Source: an uncultured Clostridia bacterium
GTDB lineage: Bacteria; Bacillota; Clostridia; TANB77; CAG-508
Reading direction: 5' to 3'
Length of the DNA stretch: 64,000 bases
NCBI GenBank assembly: GCA_934120395.1
Contig: CAKOTZ010000001.1
Coordinates: 63,065 to 127,064, forward strand
Both the position numbers and the translations under genes were made by a program. The stretch's first letter is position 1. Each line of letters begins with the position of its first letter. The notes under the pieces were generated by a model. The model was given only the letters and a program-made list of their open reading frames with translations, had not been told where the DNA came from and searched no databases. Of the stretch, positions 50,127-58,695 are shown in pieces.

Positions 50127-50966
50127 ATGGATATGGTCTATCAAGTATTGGAAACTTTATTACCATTTTCGTTTATAAGATATGATTTTATAAAAAATGC
50201 TATTATAGCTATTTTAATGTTAGCTCCTTTGTTTGCAATTTTAGGCACAATGATTGTAAATAACAAAATGGCATTTTTTTCAGATGCTTTAGGACATTCT
50301 GCTTTAACAGGTATTGCAATTGGAATGCTGTTTGGAATATCAAATAATATTGCTATGATTATTTTTGCGATTATATTTTCTTTAGCATTAAATTATGTTA
50401 AACATAAGGCGAATTATGGAGCAGATACAATTATTAGTGTATTTTCGTCAATAGCAATAGCTTTAGGATTAGCTATTTTAGCAAGCGTGGGTAATTTTAG
50501 CAAATATTCTTCTTATTTGGTAGGAGATATTTTAGGAATAAGTAGTCAAGAATTAATATATTTAGCAGTTGTATTTATTATTGTACTAATTATATGGAAT
50601 TTAATTTTTAATAAATTGCATACGATTAGTATAAATACAAGTTTAGCTAGGAGTAAAGGTATAAATGTCTTGTTAATTGATAATATTTTTGTTATTACAA
50701 TTTCTATTGTAGTTATGTTATCAATAAAATGGATTGGAATTCTCTTGATTAATTCTTTATTAATTTTACCAGCGGCAAGTAGTAGAAACATTGCCAAAAG
50801 TATGAGGCAATATCATGCCTTGTCTATCATGTTTTCATTAGCTAGTGGTTTATTTGGAATTATTATTTCGTATTATGCTAATATTCCTACTGGACCAGCA
50901 ATTGTTATATTATCTGGAGTTATATATTTGGTAACGTTTGCTATAAAGGGAAAAATAAAAGGATAA
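50127..50966 (+). CDS. Metal ABC transporter permease (ABC-3/ZnuB family)
   Basis: About 8 TM helices and ABC-3 family composition, lying downstream of the ATPase. Confidence 0.8.
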   Translation: MDMVYQVLETLLPFSFIRYDFIKNAIIAILMLAPLFAILGTMIVNNKMAFFSDALGHSALTGIAIGMLFGISNNIAMIIFAIIFSLALNYVKHKANYGADTIISVFSSIAIALGLAILASVGNFSKYSSYLVGDILGISSQELIYLAVVFIIVLIIWNLIFNKLHTISINTSLARSKGINVLLIDNIFVITISIVVMLSIKWIGILLINSLLILPAASSRNIAKSMRQYHALSIMFSLASGLFGIIISYYANIPTGPAIVILSGVIYLVTFAIKGKIKG

Positions 50967-50989
50967 AATTGTAATAGGGGTTGATAAAT

Positions 50990-51589
50990 ATGTTTGCATA
51001 TATTAAAGGTGTTTTAGAAAGTAAGGGAATAAATGAGGTTGTTGTTGAAACAGGAGGAATTGGATACAGAATATTTATGCCTCAAAGTTCTATAAAAAGT
51101 ATGTCTCAAATTGGGGAACAGGTAAAAGTACATACTTATTATTATGTTAGAGAAGATAATATTAGTTTATATGGGTTTAATACATTAGAAGAACTTAGAA
51201 TGTTTGAACTATTGTTATCTGTTAGTGGAATAGGTGCAAAATCTGCAATTGGTATGGTTTCAGAAATAAATCCTTCTAAATTTGCACTTGACGTTATTTC
51301 GGGCGATGTATCTGGATTGGTTAAAGTTCCTGGAATAGGAAATAAAACAGCACAAAGAATTATTTTAGAATTGAAGGATAAAATAAAAACAGAAAGTGCG
51401 ATTATTAAAGCAGACATAAAGGAAAATAATAATATTGCATTTGATAATAATATTGAAGAAGCTTTATCTGCTTTACAGGTTTTAGGATATCAGAAAAAAG
51501 AAGCTCAAAATGCACTTGGAAAATTTGATGTTCAAAATATGAGTATAGAAGATATTATAAAAAATGCATTAAATGTTTTGTCAAAGTAG
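50990..51589 (+). CDS. ruvA: Holliday junction DNA helicase RuvA
   Basis: MFAYIKGVLE...GGIGYRIFMP...LLSVSGIGAKSAIG...VPGIGNKTAQRIILEL. Confidence 0.85.
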   Translation: MFAYIKGVLESKGINEVVVETGGIGYRIFMPQSSIKSMSQIGEQVKVHTYYYVREDNISLYGFNTLEELRMFELLLSVSGIGAKSAIGMVSEINPSKFALDVISGDVSGLVKVPGIGNKTAQRIILELKDKIKTESAIIKADIKENNNIAFDNNIEEALSALQVLGYQKKEAQNALGKFDVQNMSIEDIIKNALNVLSK

Positions 51590-51602
51590 AAAGGATTAAG
51601 AT

Positions 51603-52829
51603 ATGGATCAAAGTAAACCATTAGCATATAGAGTAAGACCAAAGAAGTTAGAGGATTTTGTAGGTCAAGAACATATTTTAGGTAAAGATAAGATTTTGTA
51701 TCGTACTATTTTGGCGGATCGCTTATCTAGTATTATTTTATGGGGACCTACTGGTTGTGGTAAAACATCGCTAGCAAAAGTAATTAGTAATACGACTAAG
51801 TATCAATTTTATCAGTTAAATGCAGTAACATCTGGAATTGCAGATATTAAAAAATGTATTGAGGAAGCTAGAAATGCATTTTTAAATCCAACGGGTAAAT
51901 GTATCCTGTTTATAGATGAAATACATCGTTTTAATAAATTGCAACAAGATGCCTTATTGCCATATGTGGAAGATGGAACGGTTATTTTAATTGGAGCAAC
52001 TACAGAAAATCCTTATTTTGAAGTAAATAAGGCATTAATTTCTAGATCAATGGTTGTAAAGTTAGAAGCATTATCAGATGAAAATATTATAAAAATTTTG
52101 AATAATGCAATTAGCAATCCTGAAGGACTAGGTACATATAAGTTAAAAATAGAAAATGGTGTTTTAGAAAATATTGCTGAATTATCTGGGGGAGATGTTA
52201 GAACTGCATTAAATGGACTTGAAATTGCTGCATTAACAACAAATATGAATGAGATAGGTGAGATTGAAATCACTAAGGAAATTATAGCTAATTGCTTTCA
52301 AAAGAAAAAAATTGCATTTGATAAAAATGGTGATAGTCATTATGATAATATTAGCGCATTCATTAAATCTATGAGAGGAAGCGATGTTGATGCAACAATA
52401 TTCTATTTAGCAAGGGCTCTTTGCGGTGGGGAAGATCCAGTTTTTTTAGCAAGGAGAATAGTTATTTGTTCTGCGGAAGATGTCGGAATGGCAAATCCGA
52501 ATGCCCTTGTTGTTGCTAATAGTGCTATGCAAGCAGTGCATTACATCGGAATGCCGGAAGCAAGAATAATTTTATCAGAGGCAGCTGTATATGTAGCAAA
52601 ATCTCCTAAGTCAAATAGTGCTTATGTGGGAATAAATAAAGCTATGGAGGATGTTAGTAGTAAAGATACTGGAATGATTCCTATGCATATTAGGAATGCA
52701 CCTATTGAAGGAATGAAGGCACATGGATATCATGATGGGTATAAGTATCCGCACGATTATCCAGGACATTTTGTAGAACAACAGTATTTGCCAGATAAAA
52801 TGTTAGGAACAAGATATTATAATGAATAA
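51603..52829 (+). CDS. rarA: Replication-associated recombination protein A (RarA/MgsA AAA+ ATPase)
   Basis: [49 protein letters not shown] and a C-terminal HIRNAP...GYKYPHD motif. At 408 aa it is too long for RuvB. Confidence 0.85.
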   Translation: MDQSKPLAYRVRPKKLEDFVGQEHILGKDKILYRTILADRLSSIILWGPTGCGKTSLAKVISNTTKYQFYQLNAVTSGIADIKKCIEEARNAFLNPTGKCILFIDEIHRFNKLQQDALLPYVEDGTVILIGATTENPYFEVNKALISRSMVVKLEALSDENIIKILNNAISNPEGLGTYKLKIENGVLENIAELSGGDVRTALNGLEIAALTTNMNEIGEIEITKEIIANCFQKKKIAFDKNGDSHYDNISAFIKSMRGSDVDATIFYLARALCGGEDPVFLARRIVICSAEDVGMANPNALVVANSAMQAVHYIGMPEARIILSEAAVYVAKSPKSNSAYVGINKAMEDVSSKDTGMIPMHIRNAPIEGMKAHGYHDGYKYPHDYPGHFVEQQYLPDKMLGTRYYNE

Positions 52830-52830
52830 A

Positions 52831-52857
52831 AGAAGGTAACAGTACCTTCTTTTATTT
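52831..52857. terminator. Bidirectional terminator between rarA and the convergent XRE gene
   Basis: agaaggtaacagtaccttct hairpin followed by tttatttt. Confidence 0.45.
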
Positions 52858-53088
52858 TGAGCTTTTTTTCTTATCAGCATCATCTGGTGTTGGTATATAT
52901 TCAAACAACTCAGATATTTCGCAATTAAATGCTTTGCATAAACTATCAATATGTTTAATATCAATTCTTTTAATTTCTTCATAATACATTTTAGAAATAG
53001 TTGCCGGTCTGATATTAGTAAGTTTAGATAATGTTTTTTGATTCATTTTATGTTTTCCAAGTAAATCAGACAGTTTGATTTTAATCAT
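52852..53088 (-). CDS. XRE-family helix-turn-helix transcriptional regulator (78 aa)
   Basis: QKTLSKLTNIRPATISKMYY is an HTH_3-like stretch. Confidence 0.7.
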   Translation of the reverse strand: MIKIKLSDLLGKHKMNQKTLSKLTNIRPATISKMYYEEIKRIDIKHIDSLCKAFNCEISELFEYIPTPDDADKKKSSK

Positions 53089-53308
53089 TTTAATTAGTTA
53101 CCTCCAAAAGTTTAAATAGTTAAAAATTTTACCTATAGTATAAATGAAATGTCAATTTATAAATATAAGCAATAAAAAAGTGATTTTTTATTGTATTTTA
53201 TCATTTTATGTAATAAAATGACATATAACGCAGGAAAAATAACGCTAAGCGTAATATAAATACACTTTAAGGAAAACTGTATTGCTTTTCGAAGGGAGTT
53301 AACACATA

Positions 53309-53521
53309 ATGAATCGTGAATGGAAAAATAAAAATGAGGAATATTTAAGAGAACTTCAAAAAATGCTAGACATAATTGATAATGTAAAAGATGAAAATTT
53401 AAAGTCAAGAATTATAGCACAATGTTTGAAGTGTGACAATATTCTAACTGAAATCTCAGAAGATTTATTTTATTTATATTATATAAAAGGAATGGAAGAA
53501 GTTAGAAAGGAATATAAATAA
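53309..53521 (+). CDS. Hypothetical small protein (70 aa), divergent from the XRE gene
   Basis: ORF only. Confidence 0.3.
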   Translation: MNREWKNKNEEYLRELQKMLDIIDNVKDENLKSRIIAQCLKCDNILTEISEDLFYLYYIKGMEEVRKEYK

Positions 53522-53568
53522 AAAAAATGCACAAAATAGGGTAAGAATAAAATGGTAGGAGCAATGGT

Positions 53569-53913
53569 ATGACAAAAAGGATTGCAATTGGGTTTATTGC
53601 TGGTTTAGCTAGTGGCTTTTTTGCGTCAGGAGGAGGGCTTTTATTGGTACCAGCGTTTGTGTATTTTTTTTATCTGTCAGACAAAGAGGCAAGAGCTACT
53701 TCTATTTATGCGATTTTGCCAATGGTTATTGTAAGTGGTTTTTTCTATTATACTGGAGTTTGTATTGATTGGAATTTAGCAATACAATGTTCTATAGGAG
53801 GGATAATAGGAGCGTGTTTAGGATCAAAATTATTAAGCAAGATGCCGACTAATTTTTTAAAAATAAGTTTTTTAATTTTTTTAATATATATAGCTATTAG
53901 AATGTTAAAATAA
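53569..53913 (+). CDS. TSUP (TauE/SafE) family 4-TM half-transporter, first half
   Basis: GFIAGLASGFFASGGGLLLVPAFVYFF is a TSUP-like Gly-rich motif. Confidence 0.65.
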   Translation: MTKRIAIGFIAGLASGFFASGGGLLLVPAFVYFFYLSDKEARATSIYAILPMVIVSGFFYYTGVCIDWNLAIQCSIGGIIGACLGSKLLSKMPTNFLKISFLIFLIYIAIRMLK

Positions 53914-53928
53914 TAGAAAGGAAAAAGT

Positions 53929-54315
53929 GTGGAAATAATAACTGGGATAATAGCGGGGATTGTGAGTGGTGCTGGTTTAGGAGGAGGCACTATTCTAATT
54001 TTAATTCTAGTAAATTTTATGCAAATAGATCAACACATAGCACAAGCAACAAACTTAATATTTTTTGTACCTACAGCGTTAATGGCGATATGGATTAATT
54101 ATAAACAAAAATTAATTGATTTCAAATTAGGGACAACTATTGCCGTTGCAGGAATGATAGGAGCTTTGGTTGGAGCAAAAGTGTCATTAATGATAAATTC
54201 ATCTAATTTAAAAAGATATTTTGGAATTTTTTTATTGGTAATTGCTGGGTATGAAATATATAGTTTGATAAAAATGCATAAAAAGAGCAAAAGAAGGGAT
54301 AATACTAAAGATTAG
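53929..54315 (+). CDS. TSUP (TauE/SafE) family 4-TM half-transporter, second half (GTG start)
   Basis: GIIAGIVSGAGLGGGTILILILV. The two stops taa tag separate it from the first half. Confidence 0.65.
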   Translation: MEIITGIIAGIVSGAGLGGGTILILILVNFMQIDQHIAQATNLIFFVPTALMAIWINYKQKLIDFKLGTTIAVAGMIGALVGAKVSLMINSSNLKRYFGIFLLVIAGYEIYSLIKMHKKSKRRDNTKD

Positions 54316-54336
54316 AATAAAAGAGGAGGCGTTAGA

Positions 54337-54477
54337 ATGAATTTTGTAAAAGGAATGGTTGTTGGAAGTTTAATATCTGCGGGAGTTGTTATGATGTGTA
54401 CTGAGGGAATGTCAAATGATAAAAAGAAGATTATAAAAAAAGGAAAACAATTTGTTAGAAAAATGGGAATTATTTAA
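54337..54477 (+). CDS. Small membrane peptide (46 aa) not in the ORF track
   Basis: Strong RBS agaggagg 7 nt upstream of the ATG. Sequence MNFVKGMVVGSLISAGVVMMCTEGMSNDKKKIIKKGKQFVRKMGII. Confidence 0.4.
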   Translation: MNFVKGMVVGSLISAGVVMMCTEGMSNDKKKIIKKGKQFVRKMGII

Positions 54478-54510
54478 TTTAAAGGAGCAATTTATTGCTC
54501 CTTTAAATTA

Positions 54511-54966
54511 CTATTCTTCATTTCTATATTGGTTACAATCTGAATCTGGGTTGCAATTTGAAATTAGTTCTGTTCCAATTCTATAATCGCAACAATCAAG
54601 TTTTGCTCCTTTTAAACATTTTCCTTCATGTTTGCATTTTGAACATATTTTTATATGTTTTACTTCATTAACCCATATATTAATTTCATAAACTTTATGA
54701 GGACAAAGTGGACCAAAAACAAATTCTCCAGCTTCATTTGTAAAAGTATGTGAAACTGGTTTTCTTTCTTCTTTACCGTGTTCACAATCAACTTCAATTA
54801 ATTTGACAACAGCATCTGCAATTGGTTCTTTATAGCAGTCTTTTATAATACCATATATTACGTTACGATTATCTTCTGGCAAGGTAATATCAATGTCAAA
54901 TTGCTTTCCTCTTTCGATAAATCCATCAACATTAATAATTGGACAAATTTTTTTATCTAATTCCAT
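54511..54966 (-). CDS. Hypothetical protein with a prealbumin/carboxypeptidase-regulatory-like beta-sandwich domain and a Cys-rich C-terminus, no signal peptide (possible spore-coat-type protein)
   Basis: AVVKLIEVD...TFTNEAGEFVFGPL...YEINI, then KICSKCKHEGKCLKGAKLDCCDYRIG...NCNPDSDCNQY. Confidence 0.5.
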   Translation of the reverse strand: MELDKKICPIINVDGFIERGKQFDIDITLPEDNRNVIYGIIKDCYKEPIADAVVKLIEVDCEHGKEERKPVSHTFTNEAGEFVFGPLCPHKVYEINIWVNEVKHIKICSKCKHEGKCLKGAKLDCCDYRIGTELISNCNPDSDCNQYRNEE

Positions 54967-55202
54967 TTATATCAATCCTTTTTTTATATTTTAGCAATTT
55001 GAAATAATTGCTTAATATAGTTTATGAATGTAAAAACAAAATGTTACAAAATGGCGAAATGTGTCGATGAAAAGTGCTTTACAGAACATAAAAAACATTG
55101 TACAATAAAATCGTTAAATCAAAAGTTGCAATTTTTAATTTAGTTCAAAAATTTTTAGATTCTATAAAAAAATCTCAATAAACAATTTAATAGGAGGAGT
55201 TT

Positions 55203-55754
55203 ATGCTTTTTAATTATAGCAGAAAAAATATTATACTAATTACGCTCCTAATTAGTTTTATTATATTCTTTGGACTTAATTTTTTAATTCTAAAAATTTC
55301 AGAAAATAAACAAATAGAAAAAGGTGAAGTATATTCTATACAATTTCCAAGCTATGTAGAAGAAAATAAAGAAGAACCAATCAATTGGAGTTTAAAAATA
55401 CCTAAGATAAATTTAGAAGCAAATATACAAGAGAACACAACAGAAGAAGTGCTAAATAGCAATATTGGTCACTTTGTCGAAACTAGTAAGTGGAATGGAA
55501 ATATAGGACTTGCAGCACATAATAGAGGATACGATGTAAATTATTTTCAAAATCTAAAAGATGTGTTAGAAGGTGATGAAATAGAATATTCATATCACGG
55601 AGATACGAGAATATATAAGGTCGAGAAGAAAGTTTATATTGCAAGCAATGATTGGTCATATTTGAACAGAGGGAGGCAAAATAAACTTACACTTATAACT
55701 TGTGTAGAAAATCAACCCAAATATAGATTGTGTGTGCAGGCTATTGAAATTTAA
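55203..55754 (+). CDS. Compact sortase (183 aa, class-D/A-like) with an N-terminal TM anchor
   Basis: His in GLAAHN, catalytic Cys in LTLITC and Arg in YRLCV, the canonical sortase triad order. Confidence 0.85.
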   Translation: MLFNYSRKNIILITLLISFIIFFGLNFLILKISENKQIEKGEVYSIQFPSYVEENKEEPINWSLKIPKINLEANIQENTTEEVLNSNIGHFVETSKWNGNIGLAAHNRGYDVNYFQNLKDVLEGDEIEYSYHGDTRIYKVEKKVYIASNDWSYLNRGRQNKLTLITCVENQPKYRLCVQAIEI

Positions 55755-55768
55755 AGGAGGAAAAAAGA

Positions 55769-57286
55769 ATGAAAACAATAATATCAAGGATTTTAATAAT
55801 ATTTATGATAATTATACTATGTATAGGTGGAGTATATAAATGTAATGCCAATGAAAAAAAAGAAAGTTATAAATTAAATTTAAGAGATGGTGAAGCTATT
55901 TTAAAATATACTAATTATGAGCTAAGAAACAGCTATGTTTATTACGAAATTGAAGAAAATGGAATTAAGAAGGAATACCCGGCATATTGTTTAAATAAAT
56001 TTTTGCCTGGAGTAGAAAAATATAAAGATAAGGATTATATTGTAAGTCCAGACAGACTCGTAAGTGATAGTACAATATGGACAGTAATAACAAATGGTTA
56101 TCCATATAAAAGTATAGAAGAAATGGGTTGTAAAAGTAAAGAGGAAGCTTATACTGCTACTTTACAGTCTATTTATTGTATTTTATACTTACAGGATGAA
56201 AATAATTTTAGTAACTATTCTGCATTGAATGAAAGTGGAGAAAGAGTACTGTCAGCAATGAAAAAAATTGTAGATAAAGCAAGAAATAACACACAATCAA
56301 AAAGTTCTACATGGGTAGATATTATATGTGATGATAATATGTGGAAAGCAGATAGTGTTGATGATAACTATGCATACAAAGAGTATCATATAGGAAATAC
56401 AATTATTAAAGACGAGTATATTGTTCAATTAGGAAGTGGATATCCAAATGGAACATTGATTACTGATTTAGATAATAATGTTAAAAGCACATTTAAGAAA
56501 GGTGAACATTTTAAAGTTATTGTACCTGCAAATGAAATGAAAAAAACAGGTAGTTTCTATGTTAAGGTAGATGCTAAACTAAGAACATTGCCAGTATATG
56601 ATGCTTCTACAGGTAATCAAAATCAACAGAATTATGCACTTACTCATGAATTATATGAAGATGGACATGGAGAAGTGTTAGAAAAATATAAAAGTGATGC
56701 AAGCCAAATTACAATAATCAAAAGGGATAATGAAACGAAGAAAAGGCTGGAAGGAGCAGAATTTAATATATTAGATAACAATAAAAAAGTGATACATGCA
56801 GGATTAATAACTAATAGTAATGGTGAAACAAAAGTTAAAAATTTAGAAGCGGGTTTTTATTATATAGAAGAAACAAAAGCACCAAGTGGATATCATAAAA
56901 TAAAAGAACCAATTCGTTTTGAATTAAAATATAATCAAGAACTAACTATTAGTGTAAATAATACAGTTGAAAAACATACAGAGGAGTCAACAACTACAAC
57001 AGGTAATATTACCATTACTGATAAATATGAAGAAAATATAAAAAATTCAGAACATTATGAAGAAATAATTGAAAACAATGAAAAAAATAATATAAATAAT
57101 CAATTAACACATGTAAAAAAAGAATATAATACAATTACAAATAACACCAATAATACACAAAATGAAGACAGCATAGAAGTTAATAATAAAAATATTAGCA
57201 ATAGAATTGAAAGTAAGCAAAAAAACATGGAAACCATAAATGTTAGCACAAAAAATATAAAAGAACTACCTAAAACAGGAATGTAA
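55769..57286 (+). CDS. Secreted CnaB/pilin-fold surface protein ending in LPKTG-M-stop, i.e. a sortase motif with no hydrophobic/basic tail
   Basis: Signal peptide MKTIISRILIIFMIIILCIGGVYKCNA. CnaB-type domain ITIIKRDNETKKRLEGAEFNIL...NGETKVKNLEAGFYYIEETKAPSGY. C-terminus ...NIKELPKTGM*. Confidence 0.75.
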   Translation: MKTIISRILIIFMIIILCIGGVYKCNANEKKESYKLNLRDGEAILKYTNYELRNSYVYYEIEENGIKKEYPAYCLNKFLPGVEKYKDKDYIVSPDRLVSDSTIWTVITNGYPYKSIEEMGCKSKEEAYTATLQSIYCILYLQDENNFSNYSALNESGERVLSAMKKIVDKARNNTQSKSSTWVDIICDDNMWKADSVDDNYAYKEYHIGNTIIKDEYIVQLGSGYPNGTLITDLDNNVKSTFKKGEHFKVIVPANEMKKTGSFYVKVDAKLRTLPVYDASTGNQNQQNYALTHELYEDGHGEVLEKYKSDASQITIIKRDNETKKRLEGAEFNILDNNKKVIHAGLITNSNGETKVKNLEAGFYYIEETKAPSGYHKIKEPIRFELKYNQELTISVNNTVEKHTEESTTTTGNITITDKYEENIKNSEHYEEIIENNEKNNINNQLTHVKKEYNTITNNTNNTQNEDSIEVNNKNISNRIESKQKNMETINVSTKNIKELPKTGM

Positions 57287-57368
57287 AATATAAGAGGCTA
57301 ATTGATAATTGACAGATAAATGCATAAAATATATAATAATGTTTATTAAACAGTAACGAAAGGAAAAA

Positions 57369-58670
57369 ATGTTTATGCAGATATTTGTCTTATGTATATT
57401 GATTGCACTAAACGCTTTTTTTGCTGCAACAGAAATAGCATTTATTTCTTTGAATGACACAAAAATAGAGAAACAAGCAAAGCAAGGGAATAAAAAGGCT
57501 AGGCAAATTAATGAAATGTTGAAAGAACCTAGTAAATTTTTGGCTACTATTCAAATAGGTATTACTTTTGCAGGATTTTTATCAAGTGCATTTGCATCAG
57601 ATGCATTTGCCGATCGATTGGCACCTGCATTGCAACAGCTTATTCCACTAGGAATAGGAATATGGAAAAGTGTATCTATTGTACTTATAACTATTATTTT
57701 ATCTTATTTTACTTTGGTGTTTGGAGAGTTAGTTCCAAAAAGAATCGCAATGAAAAATCCAGAAAAAATAGCTAATTTTAGCATTGGAATTATTAAGATG
57801 ATTTCAGTTATAACTGCACCATTTGTAAAGCTATTAACATTTTCTACAAATATTGTATCTAGAATATTTGGTGTAAAGGAAAAAGAAGAAGAAATTGTTA
57901 CCGAAGAGGAAATAATGATGATGGTAGAAGCAGGAGAAGAAAAAGGGACAATTGAAAAGCAAGAAAAGGAATTAATTAATAATGTATTTGAATTTAATGA
58001 TAAAACTGTTTCCGAAATTATGACACATAGGACTGACATATATGCTTTGGATGTTAGAGATAACATTGAGGATATTTTAACAGAATTAAATGAGTATAAA
58101 TATAGTAGAATTCCAGTATATGAAGATAGCATAGACGAAATACGTGGAGTTTTATATATTAAAGATTTATTTAAGTATCTAAATAACAAGGATAATAATA
58201 TTGAAATAAAGGACATTATGAGAGAAGCATATTTTGTACCACAATACAAAATGATAAATGATTTATTTAAGGAGTTGCAGAAAAACAAAAAACAATTGGC
58301 TATTGTTATTGACGAATATGGTGGAACAGCAGGAATAGTAACAATGGAAGATATATTAGAGGAATTGGTTGGAAATATTTTTGATGAATATGACGATATA
58401 GAAAATGAATTTGAAAAAATAGATGAAAATACTTTTAGAATAAGCGGAAGCGTATCTATAGCAGAGCTAAATAAAATATTAAAAGTAGATATACCAGAAG
58501 GAGAGTATGACACACTTTCAGGATATTTAATTGAATTATTAGGGAGAATTCCTGAGGACGATGAAAAACCAATTATTGAAACACCAAATGTAACTTATAA
58601 AATAGAAGAATATGAAGATAAAAGAATTTTGTGGGTAAAGGCTTGTTGTAACAATACAACTAATATATGA
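57369..58670 (+). CDS. CNNM/CorC/HlyC-family transporter with DUF21, a CBS pair and a CorC_HlyC domain
   Basis: Hydrophobic DUF21 N-terminus, CBS-like ..IPVYEDSIDEIRGVLYIKDL.. and a C-terminal transporter-associated domain. Confidence 0.8.
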   Translation: MFMQIFVLCILIALNAFFAATEIAFISLNDTKIEKQAKQGNKKARQINEMLKEPSKFLATIQIGITFAGFLSSAFASDAFADRLAPALQQLIPLGIGIWKSVSIVLITIILSYFTLVFGELVPKRIAMKNPEKIANFSIGIIKMISVITAPFVKLLTFSTNIVSRIFGVKEKEEEIVTEEEIMMMVEAGEEKGTIEKQEKELINNVFEFNDKTVSEIMTHRTDIYALDVRDNIEDILTELNEYKYSRIPVYEDSIDEIRGVLYIKDLFKYLNNKDNNIEIKDIMREAYFVPQYKMINDLFKELQKNKKQLAIVIDEYGGTAGIVTMEDILEELVGNIFDEYDDIENEFEKIDENTFRISGSVSIAELNKILKVDIPEGEYDTLSGYLIELLGRIPEDDEKPIIETPNVTYKIEEYEDKRILWVKACCNNTTNI

Positions 58671-58695
58671 AGAGATTCTTAGAAAAGAGGAAAAA

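Noticed and set aside
52852-53521. Considered the XRE regulator plus divergent small ORF as a prophage remnant or mobile element
   Set aside because: There is no integrase, no terminal repeats and no other phage genes. The XRE gene appears to be a stand-alone regulator.
57704-58513. 269-aa minus-strand ORF
   Set aside because: It is fully antisense to the CNNM/CorC transporter gene, which has clear family motifs. Its Ser/Ile-rich low-complexity translation also argues against it.
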